DNA of 38,274 nucleotides, taken from positions 1 through 38,274 of IMG/VR virus record IMGVR_UViG_3300020045_000442; one strand, 5' to 3'. Made by a program: the position numbers and the translations under genes. The notes under the pieces were generated by a model, which was given only the letters and a program-made list of their open reading frames with translations, did not search any database and was not told the origin of the DNA. The stretch is from a virus (taxonomy: Duplodnaviria > Caudoviricetes). How positions within the stretch are numbered: the first letter of the stretch is position 1; each line of letters begins with the position of its first letter. Positions 8,314 to 18,473 of this stretch are shown one piece after another.

Positions 8314-9446
8314 TGCCTACAGCTTCTGAATATTATGCTTTAGCATTACAAGCTTCTTTAGATGCAGAAGCTAGTGCTATATCTGCTGAAGAATCAGCCC
8401 AAGGTGCATACACAGTTGCTGCTCCAACAGAGTTTAGTGAAAAGTATTTAGGTTCTTTTCCTACTGATCCAGTATCTAGTATTGAAGGTTCTCTTTATTG
8501 GAATTCTACATCTAATATATTTAAGGTTTGGAATGGTACTATTTGGGAAACAGTAATTGTTTCTTCATTTGATGGTGATGTTACTGGAGGTACAGCAAAT
8601 ACTCCTCAAGATAGAATTCATGTAAGAAGTGATATTGCTGCTAACTGGACAAGCTTTAACCCAATATTACAATTAAACGAGATTGGTTTAGAGTCAGATA
8701 CTAAATACTTTAAATTTGGTAATGGTTCTTCTACTTGGAGTAGTTTAGTTTATCCTGGATTACCTAAATCAAGAATTACTGGTATTGAAAATGTAGATAA
8801 TACTTCTGATATTAATAAACCAGTAAGTACATTACAAGCTACAGCAGATGCTTTAGTATTAACTACAGCTAATACATATACTGATAATAAGTTAGTTGAT
8901 TATTCTAGGGATAGAGGTACTTATGATCCTTCTGTAGATTCCTTTCCAGAAACATTTGATATTCTAAAAGGAGATTGGTATCTTTATATAGGTACTGGTT
9001 TACAAGGAACTCTTACAGTACAAGCTGGAGATCAATTAAGAGCATTAGTTGATAATCCTGGACAAGTAGCAAGTGATTGGTTAATTACACCAAGTAAAAC
9101 AAACTCAATACTACCTTATGTTGTTGCAGTATTTATTCCAGGAAGACCTTTAGCAAGTTCTATTGGATTACTTCATGTATTTACCCATCAAGTAATATTT
9201 CCAGTTAATTTAGTAGGGAGTTATGCTAAAGCAAAAACAGATAATACTTTAGCTAAATCATTTAATATTTATTATAATTACATTCTTGTTGGTTCAGTAG
9301 ATTTTGCTACCAATTCTTTAAATGGTACATTCACCTTTACTAATGAGTTAATTGCTCAAGCAGGTGATGTACTTCAAATTCTTGCACCTGAAGTTGCTGA
9401 TGCTACTTTAGAAAACATAACAATATCTTTATATGGAACACGTTAA
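8313..9446 (+). CDS. Tail fibre/spike protein with Mtd-N/hyaluronidase-N-like module
   Basis: WTSFNPILQLNEIGLESDTKYFKFGNG...W..L.Y module; NVDNTSDINKPVST repeat motif; G.LYWNST motif. Confidence 0.75.
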   Translation: MPTASEYYALALQASLDAEASAISAEESAQGAYTVAAPTEFSEKYLGSFPTDPVSSIEGSLYWNSTSNIFKVWNGTIWETVIVSSFDGDVTGGTANTPQDRIHVRSDIAANWTSFNPILQLNEIGLESDTKYFKFGNGSSTWSSLVYPGLPKSRITGIENVDNTSDINKPVSTLQATADALVLTTANTYTDNKLVDYSRDRGTYDPSVDSFPETFDILKGDWYLYIGTGLQGTLTVQAGDQLRALVDNPGQVASDWLITPSKTNSILPYVVAVFIPGRPLASSIGLLHVFTHQVIFPVNLVGSYAKAKTDNTLAKSFNIYYNYILVGSVDFATNSLNGTFTFTNELIAQAGDVLQILAPEVADATLENITISLYGTR

Positions 9447-9917
9447 ATGAAATACAGTGAAGCTTTAAGAAATAGTATTAATGACCTTGGTTTAAAGGTT
9501 AATATGACTTTGTTTGGAGTATCCTTTTATGGACCTGCTACAAATATTACAACAACAATTCCTACATTACCTACGGACTTAGCAGTAGCTAATTCAAATA
9601 TCCTTTTAGCCACGTTTACAGTTAATAATAGCGGTACTGGTATGACTTGGGATAGTTCATCTCAAGGAAGCATTGCTAGAGCTGCTGCTGAGAGTGTATC
9701 AGGTACTTGTGTAGCTGCTGGTTATCCTAGATTTGCTAGAATACATCTTATTACTGATACTAATGGTAATACTGCTGATACAACTAAACTTAGAATACAA
9801 GGTACTTGTGGTACATCAGGTACAGACTTTATCTTAGATACTACATTCTACCCTATGGTATTAAGCACAGTTTACCCATTAGGTAATATTGTAAATACAC
9901 TCGGTTTAGGTAGTTAA
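9447..9917 (+). CDS. Putative virion structural protein (156 aa)
   Basis: ALRN...FYG...LL.TF...G...FARI...RIQG..GTSG.D pattern common in phage tail-region genes. Confidence 0.6.
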   Translation: MKYSEALRNSINDLGLKVNMTLFGVSFYGPATNITTTIPTLPTDLAVANSNILLATFTVNNSGTGMTWDSSSQGSIARAAAESVSGTCVAAGYPRFARIHLITDTNGNTADTTKLRIQGTCGTSGTDFILDTTFYPMVLSTVYPLGNIVNTLGLGS

Positions 9918-12086
9918 ATGCTTTCTTGGGAAGATAAATATCAATGTTCTGTTTCTTCAAAACCACAAGAATGGGTTGCAAAGACATCTAGTGGAACATC
10001 AAGGGATTGGTATTGTCTTTCTTCGTCTGCTGATGGGCAAATACTCGTTGCAGGAACATATTTAGGATATATTTATATATCCAAAGATAGTGGGAATACT
10101 TGGGAAGCAAAGGGACATATTGACTATTGGTTTGATATTGCAATATCTGCTGACGGAACTAAAATTATTGCTTGTAGTGGTTTAGGTTACATATATATTT
10201 CTTCAGATTTAGGTAATACATTTGTATCAAGTGCATTTACTGGAAATTGGTTAAGTGTCTGTTTATCGAATACAGGATCTATATTATACTCTTGTGAAGG
10301 TAGTGGATATATTTATATTTCTAATAATTCTGGAGTTACATGGGAACAAATAGGAATAAACAAACCGTATACATCTTTAAAATGTTCTCAGGACGGATCT
10401 AAAATTTTTGCAACAACAAGTAATGATAACTTTTATGTATCTTTAGATTATGGAAATTCTTGGAACGCAAAGTCTATAATCAGATATTGGCAAAAATTAG
10501 CAGTATCCTACTCTGGAGAAATTATTTTAGCAATAGGCGATGGGTATTTACAAGTATCTTTAGATTATGGAAATTCTTTTACACAAAAGTTTTCTAATAA
10601 AAATTGGACTTGTGTAGCTTCTAATTTTGATAGTTCTTTATTACTTGCAGGAGATGTAAACGGATATATATATTATTCGGATAATTATGGCGATTCTTGG
10701 GAAGCAGGTAATGTTACTGGTCTTTGGTATAGTATTGCTTCAGATTTTTCAGGATATAATTTATCGGCAATAGATATTGCAAGTTATGTTTTTATTTCAA
10801 ATACAGTAAAACTTAAAAAAGAATATACTATTGTTAATGCTCAGAATAAACCAACACAACAATGGATTCCTGGGTATAGTTATTTTAAACCAGATTTTGA
10901 TGCTGAATTATCTTCATCTGGTAAAGACTATGTAATTGCAAGATTAAATTCTTTAGGATTTACTACAGTAGGATTCGTACCAATAACTAAAGAACAATTA
11001 GTTCCTGCATTTAACTATACTAATATTAAACCCTTTCCAGACTACCCTATATATTATTTTTGTAACTATGATACACAATGGAATGTTGGTTTTGATAAAT
11101 CTAATCTATTTGAATTTGCATTACCTGTACTAACAGGACCTATACTACACACGAGTGTAAATAGTTATTTTGATACCAGACCTGAAGGAGAAATAGTTAA
11201 TGTACCTAGTTCATATAGTATAGTTACTCCAGAACCTTATAAACAACAAGTACCTATTATAGGATGGAATGCTGGAGCTTTGTCTGAAAGCATGTTTACC
11301 TCTATAGGTACTGCTTCATTTTCTATAAAGTTTAACTCTGTAGGAGTATTTACTGGATTATGTGAACAATCTATTGCAATACAAGACCAAAGACCTGAAA
11401 GAATTAAGTATGCTATTTACTCTCATTTAGGTATTTACTCTGTTTATGTAGATAATATAAAAAAAACTAATGATAGTTCATATATAGAAGAAGATGTATT
11501 TAAAATAGTAATTAGCAAAACATTAGTATCATTCTATAAGAATGGTTTATTAATCTATTCTGAAACCAAGGTAGATAATAATACTGTATACGTTTTAGAT
11601 TGTAGTCTGTATTATTCTGATGATGCTATCTTAAATGCTTCTATTGGTGCTAGTACAACACTAGATAGTTATTCATCTGGCATAGGTACTCTTACTTATG
11701 TAGGTATTGGAATATCAAAGAATTACTCTATAGGACAGGGTACATATACATATACTGGTACTGGTTCTAATCTTGTAGAAATAGATTTTACTCAAGAGTA
11801 TTCTGGTTTAGGAATAAGTTATAACTATTCAATTGGAAGTGGTTTACAAGAATATACTGGACAAAGTTCTAATTATCCTAGTAGAATGGATGGAACACTT
11901 ACTTATACTGGTTTTGGTATATCTAAGAATCATTCTATAGGTCAAGGAAATATATCTTATACTGGTTTAGGTGAAGCAGGAGGAATAATTCCTACAGTAC
12001 CTCCTATAGGATTAGGTTACATGGTTTATACAGGATTTAGTAGAAATGTTTATATCTTACCACCACAAATATTTGTAATAACATGA
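9918..12086 (+). CDS. Tail-region protein with BNR/Asp-box beta-propeller and C-terminal TYTG repeats
   Basis: Six SxDxGxT/SW-type repeats of ~39-40 aa in the first 300 aa; repeated G(T)LTYTG.G motifs near the C-terminus. Confidence 0.75.
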   Translation: MLSWEDKYQCSVSSKPQEWVAKTSSGTSRDWYCLSSSADGQILVAGTYLGYIYISKDSGNTWEAKGHIDYWFDIAISADGTKIIACSGLGYIYISSDLGNTFVSSAFTGNWLSVCLSNTGSILYSCEGSGYIYISNNSGVTWEQIGINKPYTSLKCSQDGSKIFATTSNDNFYVSLDYGNSWNAKSIIRYWQKLAVSYSGEIILAIGDGYLQVSLDYGNSFTQKFSNKNWTCVASNFDSSLLLAGDVNGYIYYSDNYGDSWEAGNVTGLWYSIASDFSGYNLSAIDIASYVFISNTVKLKKEYTIVNAQNKPTQQWIPGYSYFKPDFDAELSSSGKDYVIARLNSLGFTTVGFVPITKEQLVPAFNYTNIKPFPDYPIYYFCNYDTQWNVGFDKSNLFEFALPVLTGPILHTSVNSYFDTRPEGEIVNVPSSYSIVTPEPYKQQVPIIGWNAGALSESMFTSIGTASFSIKFNSVGVFTGLCEQSIAIQDQRPERIKYAIYSHLGIYSVYVDNIKKTNDSSYIEEDVFKIVISKTLVSFYKNGLLIYSETKVDNNTVYVLDCSLYYSDDAILNASIGASTTLDSYSSGIGTLTYVGIGISKNYSIGQGTYTYTGTGSNLVEIDFTQEYSGLGISYNYSIGSGLQEYTGQSSNYPSRMDGTLTYTGFGISKNHSIGQGNISYTGLGEAGGIIPTVPPIGLGYMVYTGFSRNVYILPPQIFVIT

Positions 12087-14335
12087 TAGAAGACGAAGAT
12101 AACGATAACGAAGTTACAGAAGAATCTAAATTAGCTAAGTGGAAGAATCCTCCTAAATTAGATGATTTAAAGAATGACTTATTGTCTGCACAATCAGATC
12201 ATAATACTCATGTAACTAAAGTAAATACTTGGTTAGATAACTTAAATATTACTGGTTCAGCTAAGATTGATAATGGTAAGAAGAGAAGTAATGTTCAACC
12301 TAAACTTATTCTTAAACAAGCTGAGTGGAGAAAAGCTGCATTAACAGAACCTTTCTTTAGTACAGATGATTTATTTAATGCTGAACCAATAACTTATGAA
12401 GATAAGCAGTCAGCAGTACAAAATGCTTTAGTATTAAATAAACAATTCAATACAGACATCGATAAGAATAAATTTATCACTGAGTATGTACATACTTTAG
12501 TTGAAGAAGGTACTGCTATTGTTCGTACTGGATGGGAATATCTTGAAGAAGTAATTGAAGAAGAAGTTCAAGATTTTCAATTTATTCCTTCACAAGATCC
12601 AGTTTACTTACAGAAATTACAAGCATTGGCTCAAGGTAAACAAGATGATCCAATTAACTTTAGTCAAACAGTTCCACAAGAGTTTCAACAAGCATTACAA
12701 ATGAGTATGGAATATGGTACACCTATGTTTCCACAGAACATTGGTTCACATATTGAGACTAAAGAAAAAGTAATTAAGAATTGTCCTACAGTAGAGGTAT
12801 GTAACTTTAACGATGTTATTGTTGATCCTTCATGTAGAGGAGATATTTCTAAAGCTCAGTTTGTAATTTATAGATTTGAAACATCTTTATCTGAATTAGA
12901 TAAAGCAGGTATCTATAATAATTTGGATAAAGTAGAAGTTAATCCTGCTGATGATTTAAGCCAAGATAGTTATAATAGAGAACAGTATACATTTGCTTTC
13001 AAAGATAAACCAAGACAAAAATTAACTGCTTATGAGTATTGGGGATACTGGGATATTGATGGTACTGGTATAGTTAAACCAATAGTAGTTACTTGGGTTG
13101 GTGAAACTATTATTAGACAAGAAGATAATCCATTCCCTCATAAGAATTTACCTTTTGTATTAGTTTCTTATATACCTGTTAGACAATCTATTTATGGTGT
13201 TCCTGATGGTGAATTTTTAGAGGATAACCAAAAGATTGTTGGTGCTGTAACTAGAGGTATGATTGACCTTATGGGTAGATCTGCTAATGCTCAACAAGGT
13301 ATGAGTAAAGATGCTTTAGATGTTACCAATAAGAAGAAATTTGAAAGAGGTGAGGATTATGAATTTAATCCTGGAAGACATCCTAGTGAAGCGTTTCACA
13401 TGGCAGTATTTCCTGAAATACCTAATTCTGCTGAATACATGCTTAACCTACAAAATATGGAAGCTGAGTCTATTACAGGAGTTAAATCATTCTCACAAGG
13501 TATTGGTGGACAATCATTAGGTAATGTAGCTGTAGGTGTTAGAGGAGCATTAGATGCTGCTTCTAAAAGAGAATTATCTATTGCTAGAAGATTAGCTGAT
13601 GGTTTAGTTAAAGTAGCTAGACAAATAGTTTCTATGAACTCTGAATTCTTATCAGAAGAAGAAGTAATTAGAATTACTAATGAAGAATTTGTTACTGTAA
13701 AAAGAGATGATTTAGCAGGTAACATTGATATTAGAATTAGTATTTCTACTGCTGAAGTAGATGAACAGAAAGCTCAAGAATTAAGTTTTATGCTTCAAAC
13801 TATGGGTAATACAATGCCACAAGACTTTAGTCAAATGATTCTTGTAGAGATTGCTAAACTTAGAAAGATGCCTGATTTAGCTAAGAAGATTGAGAAATAT
13901 GTACCTGAACCTCCACAACCAGATCCATTAGTAGAAGCACAAATACAGTTGATGCAAGTACAAATGCAAGAAATACAAGCTAAGGTAGCAGAACATCAAG
14001 CACAAACTGAATTAGAGTATGCTAAGATAGCTACAGAACAAGCTAAAGCTAAACAGATGAGTAGTTTAGCTGATAAGACAGATTTAGACTTTGTTAATGA
14101 TGAGTCAGGTGTTTCTCATCAACGTGCAATAGAGACTGTTCAAGCACAAGCTAAAGGTAATATAGCTTTAGAACAAGCTAAACATCAACAAGGTATAGAA
14201 AAAGGTTTAATGGATCATGAATTGAATAAAGATTTAGAATCTAATAAACATCAAATGAATTTACAAAACAAAGTGCTAGATCATGCTTCAAGTATGGATC
14301 AGATTGAAGCTAAACCTAAACTAGGAGTTAAATAA
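12083..14335 (+). CDS. Portal protein (N4 gp59-like)
   Basis: WKNPP.L..LK.D, S.VQPKLI.KQAEWR, DNQKIVGAVTRGMIDLMGRSANAQ, AESITGVKSFS, LDAASKRE motifs; size fits. Confidence 0.95.
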   Translation: MIEDEDNDNEVTEESKLAKWKNPPKLDDLKNDLLSAQSDHNTHVTKVNTWLDNLNITGSAKIDNGKKRSNVQPKLILKQAEWRKAALTEPFFSTDDLFNAEPITYEDKQSAVQNALVLNKQFNTDIDKNKFITEYVHTLVEEGTAIVRTGWEYLEEVIEEEVQDFQFIPSQDPVYLQKLQALAQGKQDDPINFSQTVPQEFQQALQMSMEYGTPMFPQNIGSHIETKEKVIKNCPTVEVCNFNDVIVDPSCRGDISKAQFVIYRFETSLSELDKAGIYNNLDKVEVNPADDLSQDSYNREQYTFAFKDKPRQKLTAYEYWGYWDIDGTGIVKPIVVTWVGETIIRQEDNPFPHKNLPFVLVSYIPVRQSIYGVPDGEFLEDNQKIVGAVTRGMIDLMGRSANAQQGMSKDALDVTNKKKFERGEDYEFNPGRHPSEAFHMAVFPEIPNSAEYMLNLQNMEAESITGVKSFSQGIGGQSLGNVAVGVRGALDAASKRELSIARRLADGLVKVARQIVSMNSEFLSEEEVIRITNEEFVTVKRDDLAGNIDIRISISTAEVDEQKAQELSFMLQTMGNTMPQDFSQMILVEIAKLRKMPDLAKKIEKYVPEPPQPDPLVEAQIQLMQVQMQEIQAKVAEHQAQTELEYAKIATEQAKAKQMSSLADKTDLDFVNDESGVSHQRAIETVQAQAKGNIALEQAKHQQGIEKGLMDHELNKDLESNKHQMNLQNKVLDHASSMDQIEAKPKLGVK

Positions 14336-14748
14336 TGCCTTCTATACTAGATGATTTTCTTTCTCAAATGAGAAGTTTTGCCAGTAAGAATATTGCTCCA
14401 TTACCTACTAAAGAAAATCCAGATTATGATTATGCAGGGTATATAGCTAAGTATGGTGTACCAGATCAGAGTAAAGGACAACATCTGACAGATGAATTTA
14501 AATTACCTAATCATCCTACATTTAGCAATGAGAGTAAGTATTCTAATCCAGATATTCAAGGTGGTAGATGGTTAAAAGGAGGAAACACGCAATATATGTT
14601 TGAACCATCAAAACAGAATATAAATAACCTTGGTTCAGAAGGTTTAACAAATTATTTTCAAAGATATGAGAATAAAGGTACAAATTTACAATTACCAAAT
14701 AAAACAGTATTCGGTGGAATACATAAATATCTAACTTCAGAAGAGTAA
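14335..14748 (+). CDS. Hypothetical protein with DYDY..Y / HLTDEFKLPNHPTFSNES.Y / GG.W motif
   Basis: TAATG-coupled to portal with AGGAG RBS; the motif is recalled from other phage proteins of unknown function. Confidence 0.75.
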   Translation: MPSILDDFLSQMRSFASKNIAPLPTKENPDYDYAGYIAKYGVPDQSKGQHLTDEFKLPNHPTFSNESKYSNPDIQGGRWLKGGNTQYMFEPSKQNINNLGSEGLTNYFQRYENKGTNLQLPNKTVFGGIHKYLTSEE

Positions 14749-14751
14749 ACA

Positions 14752-14811
14752 ATGAAAAGTAAACAACCAACTAAACCAATGCCTAAACCAGGTAAATCTA
14801 AAAAGTGTTGA
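14752..14811 (+). CDS. 19-aa Lys/Pro-rich peptide
   Basis: MKSKQPTKPMPKPGKSKKC exactly fills the gap between two genes; its stop overlaps the next RBS. Confidence 0.55.
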   Translation: MKSKQPTKPMPKPGKSKKC

Positions 14812-14820
14812 GGAACTAAA

Positions 14821-15201
14821 ATGACATGTAAAACAGAAACAAAACAAAGCATTGCTCTTAAAGAAAAACAAAACAAATTATCTTCTGTAGAGAATAATAT
14901 CACTGCTACTGCTAGTGGTGTTCAAGCTACAGCTAAATTGTTAGATGCAACTAAAACAATTCATAATGTTACAGTTGTAGCTACTGCTGCTGATGCAATT
15001 AAATTACCATTAGCCACTGGTTCAGGTACTCAACATTGGATTAAGAACTCTGATGCTGCTGAATCATTACAATTATTTGGATCAGGTACAGATACAATTG
15101 ATGGTATTGCTACTGCTACAGGTGTTGCTGTTGCTAATGGTAAATCACGTTTAGTAGTAGATATTGCTGTTGGTAAGTGGATTAGTTTGTTAGGTGCATA
15201 A
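14821..15201 (+). CDS. Putative capsid decoration/accessory virion protein
   Basis: A/T/G-rich; D.IKLP...G....IKN......LQLF..G.DTIDG motif typical of small head-region proteins. Confidence 0.55.
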   Translation: MTCKTETKQSIALKEKQNKLSSVENNITATASGVQATAKLLDATKTIHNVTVVATAADAIKLPLATGSGTQHWIKNSDAAESLQLFGSGTDTIDGIATATGVAVANGKSRLVVDIAVGKWISLLGA

Positions 15202-15234
15202 AGCATAATTATCTTAATTTTAAGGACACAAGAA

Positions 15235-15549
15235 ATGCGTAAAGAAATTGAAGAAAGAATTAAAGAATTAAAAGAAACAACTGCTTTAAGAGATTCATTA
15301 ACCAAGCTCTATAAGAATAAAGACTTCTTAAAGGTTATCTCTACTGGTTACTTTGAAAAAGAACCTGTACGTTTAACTATGTTAAGACCTGATGTACCTA
15401 GAGAACATAAAATTGAAATAGATGAACAATTAACTTCTATTGGTTTATTATACAAATACTTTGAAGCAGTTGTATTTAATAGTAATCAAGCTGATATGGA
15501 AATTGAAAAGTTAGAGGATGATTTACTTAACTTAGGAGAAGAAATCTAA
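15235..15549 (+). CDS. N4 gp58-like protein
   Basis: L.KL..NKDF.KVI..GYF.KE.VRL motif, between portal and gp57-like gene. Confidence 0.75.
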   Translation: MRKEIEERIKELKETTALRDSLTKLYKNKDFLKVISTGYFEKEPVRLTMLRPDVPREHKIEIDEQLTSIGLLYKYFEAVVFNSNQADMEIEKLEDDLLNLGEEI

Positions 15550-15827
15550 TGAGTAACATTATTTTAAAAGAAAAATATATCGGTGTTAAAATTATTGATG
15601 CTATTGAAATGTCCTTAGTAGATGCTGAAGCTTATTTAAAAAGAGATTTAGGTGTTAAAGAAGGTACAGCATCTGAAGGATACTTAGTAGAATATGAAAC
15701 AGGTTATGAGTCTTGGAGTCCTAAAGATATTTTTGAAAAAACATATAAAGGAATAGGAGATGAAACTCTTGTTTTAGAAAAAGAAGCTTTTAAGTTAGGT
15801 ATGATTTCTACTGAGGTAAAAAGATAA
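15549..15827 (+). CDS. Small phage protein of the YIG.K...GY.V.Y..GY.SWSPK..FE..Y family
   Basis: Motif visible in translation; AGGAG RBS; TAATG-coupled on both sides. Confidence 0.75.
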   Translation: MSNIILKEKYIGVKIIDAIEMSLVDAEAYLKRDLGVKEGTASEGYLVEYETGYESWSPKDIFEKTYKGIGDETLVLEKEAFKLGMISTEVKR

Positions 15828-16819
15828 TGAGTGAAGACCAAGATATTCAAGTTGAAGATGTTCCACAGGAACAAGACTTCCTTAATATGTCTGATGATGA
15901 GTTTGCTAATGTAATTTTAGAAGATACTCAAGAAGATATGCAGGAAGACACCTTAGAGGATGATACAGACGATTCTACTGAAGAGGAAGCTCCTAATGAA
16001 GAAATAGATTATAAGGCTGAATATGAGCGTATTACAGCTCCATTTAAAGCTAATGGAAAAGAAATACAAGTAAAGTCTATTGATGATGCTATCCAGCTTA
16101 TGCAAATGGGAGCTGATTATCAACGTAAGACTACAGAAATTAAACCTCTTCGTAAAATTGGAGAGATGTTAAAACAAAATGATTTGTTAGATGCGGAACA
16201 ACTTAGTTACCTGATTGATCTCAAGAATAAGAATCCTCAAGCTATACAAAAGTTATTAAAAGAAAGTGGTATTGATCCATTAGATATAGATACTTCTGAA
16301 GAAGTAAATTATAAACCAAACAATTACCAAGTAGATGATAAAACATTAGAGTTGAATGATGTACTGGATTCTATCCAACATACTCCTCAGTTTGATACTA
16401 CAGTAAAGATTCTTGGTTCACAATGGGATCAACAAAGTAAAGAATATTTAAGTGCTAATCCTCAAACGATAGCTGTTTTGAATGAACATATTGGTAATGG
16501 TGTTTATGACACTATTACTAAAGAAGTTCAAAATCAACGTATGTTAGGAAGACTTAATAATGTATCTGATTTAGATGCTTATAGAACTGTAGGAGACTAT
16601 ATTCAAGCCAATGGTGGATTTGCTAACACTAAGCAAGAAGTAGTTATACAGCAACCTGTACAACAATCTAAACCAGTACAAGATAACAAACAAAAGAAAC
16701 AAGCAGCAGGTATTACTAAAGCTGCTCCAAGTAAAAAACCAATTGACTTAAGCAATATAGATATTCTCTCTATGAGTGATGAAGAATTTGCTAAGTTAGA
16801 TAAAAAACTATTTATTTAA
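15827..16819 (+). CDS. N4 gp57-like protein (often labelled tape measure; scaffold-like)
   Basis: Acidic N-terminus, PFKANGKEIQV, LMQMGADY..K, IDPLDID, C-terminal LSMSDEEF; directly upstream of capsid gene. Confidence 0.9.
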   Translation: MSEDQDIQVEDVPQEQDFLNMSDDEFANVILEDTQEDMQEDTLEDDTDDSTEEEAPNEEIDYKAEYERITAPFKANGKEIQVKSIDDAIQLMQMGADYQRKTTEIKPLRKIGEMLKQNDLLDAEQLSYLIDLKNKNPQAIQKLLKESGIDPLDIDTSEEVNYKPNNYQVDDKTLELNDVLDSIQHTPQFDTTVKILGSQWDQQSKEYLSANPQTIAVLNEHIGNGVYDTITKEVQNQRMLGRLNNVSDLDAYRTVGDYIQANGGFANTKQEVVIQQPVQQSKPVQDNKQKKQAAGITKAAPSKKPIDLSNIDILSMSDEEFAKLDKKLFI

Positions 16820-16831
16820 GGAATAAACATT

Positions 16832-18328
16832 ATGGGATTACCTAACTCAGGACAAGTTTACGGTACAGGAAGTAATTCTAGTATCGGTCCACAACAACGA
16901 ATTGATTACATTGACAAGAAGGTATTACAAGAAGTAGCTAAAGAAACCAAATTTGGTAACTTAGCTTCTGTTGAAGAGATGCCTAAGAATATGGGTAAGA
17001 AGATTAAAAAAACTCATATCTTACCTGTATTAAGTGATCTTAATATTAACGATCAAGGTATTGATGCTGCTGGTGCTTCTGTTGCTAATGAAGTAACAAT
17101 CACTATGAAAAATACTGCCTTAGCTAATACTGGAAACGAGTATGTTTCTTTATTTGCTGTTGGTAATGGTGTAGATGCTACTGCTGCATTAGGTGCTACT
17201 ACAGTTGGTTATGCAAGTTCTACTGCTGCTGATTTAGCTTCTGCTAGATACAAAGCATGGGATATTTTAAAAACACAGTTAGGTTTAGATGGTTCATTAG
17301 CTGCTAATGATACTTATGCTGAAGTTAAAGCATTAGCTATTACTGCTGGATGGACTGTGACTGAAGGTTCTGCTGTATCAGGTGCTGGTAACTTGTATGG
17401 TAGTTCTAAAGACATTGGATACATCACAGGTAAATTACCTACTCTTACTGAAAATGGTGGTTTAGTAAACCGTATTGGTTTTAAACGTATTGAAATTGAA
17501 GGTACATTTGCTAACTATGGTTTCATGCGTACTTATACACAAGATTCATTAGATTTTGATTCTGATGCTGAATTAGATATGCACGTTCATCGTGAGATGA
17601 TTTTTGCTGCTAATGAGCTAACAGAAGATATGTTACAGATGGATTTATTAGCTTCTGCTGGTGTTCTTCGGTATGGTGGTTCTGCTACAAGCAAAGCTAC
17701 AATTACAGGTGAAACAGGTAATGCTAGTTTGATTACCTATGATGATCTTGTGTCTGTATCTCTTACATTAGATACCAACCGTTGCCCTATGAAAACAACA
17801 ATGGTTACTGGTGACAAGATGGAAGATACCAGAACTATTAATGCTGCTAGAGTAGTTTATATCTCTCCTGCATTAGTACCTCAATTATTAAGAATGGTTG
17901 ATAACTTTGGTAATCAAGCACTAATTGAAGTACGTCATTATGCAAACCAAGCTGATATTATGAAAGATGAGCTTGGTTCTATTCATAACTTCAGATTTAT
18001 TGTTTGTCAGGAGATGTTACATTGGGCTGGTGTTGGTGCTACTGCATCAAGTAATGCTGGTTATAGAACTACTGGTGGTAAATATGATGTATTTCCAATG
18101 TTAATTGTTGGTGATAAATCTTTTACTACTATTGGTTTTAAATCTGGTGGTGCTGGTAAAGGTACTAAGTTTAATGTTATGCACCATAAACCAGGTTCTC
18201 CTGCTGCTATGGGTATCACTCAAGATGCTTATGGTAAAATTGGTGTAGAATCTATTCAGTTTTGGTATGGATTTCTTTTACTTAGACCCGAAAGAATTGC
18301 TTTACTGCTTACAGTAGCAGAACAATGA
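16832..18328 (+). CDS. Major capsid protein (N4 gp56-like) with internal insertion
   Basis: MPKNMGK.IK, NINDQGIDAAGA, GNLYGSSKDIG.ITGKLPTLTENGG.VNR.GF.R, YDVFPML.VG, LRPERIAL motifs. Confidence 0.96.
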   Translation: MGLPNSGQVYGTGSNSSIGPQQRIDYIDKKVLQEVAKETKFGNLASVEEMPKNMGKKIKKTHILPVLSDLNINDQGIDAAGASVANEVTITMKNTALANTGNEYVSLFAVGNGVDATAALGATTVGYASSTAADLASARYKAWDILKTQLGLDGSLAANDTYAEVKALAITAGWTVTEGSAVSGAGNLYGSSKDIGYITGKLPTLTENGGLVNRIGFKRIEIEGTFANYGFMRTYTQDSLDFDSDAELDMHVHREMIFAANELTEDMLQMDLLASAGVLRYGGSATSKATITGETGNASLITYDDLVSVSLTLDTNRCPMKTTMVTGDKMEDTRTINAARVVYISPALVPQLLRMVDNFGNQALIEVRHYANQADIMKDELGSIHNFRFIVCQEMLHWAGVGATASSNAGYRTTGGKYDVFPMLIVGDKSFTTIGFKSGGAGKGTKFNVMHHKPGSPAAMGITQDAYGKIGVESIQFWYGFLLLRPERIALLLTVAEQ

Positions 18329-18417
18329 GCGTAAAGTATTGTTAATGTTTTAACTATGTGTTGTAGTAGATTCTTCTAAACAGGAGTCTACTATGACCAT
18401 AAGTACAATGAGTAGAC

Positions 18418-18473
18418 TCAACAGAGAAAGTGCCTAGAATCGACTCCTAGGTACTTTCCTGTTGATGTTTTAA
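18418..18473 (+). terminator. Long hairpin / probable terminator downstream of capsid gene
   Basis: TCAACAG-A-GAAAGTGCCTAG / CTAGGTACTTTC-CTGTTGA (19 bp, one G-U, one bulge) followed by TGTTTT. Confidence 0.65.

Noticed and set aside
3164-12086. Diversity-generating retroelement or invertible tail-fibre switch
   Set aside because: No reverse transcriptase, recombinase, TR/VR pair or inverted crossover sites seen, despite the Mtd-N-like module.
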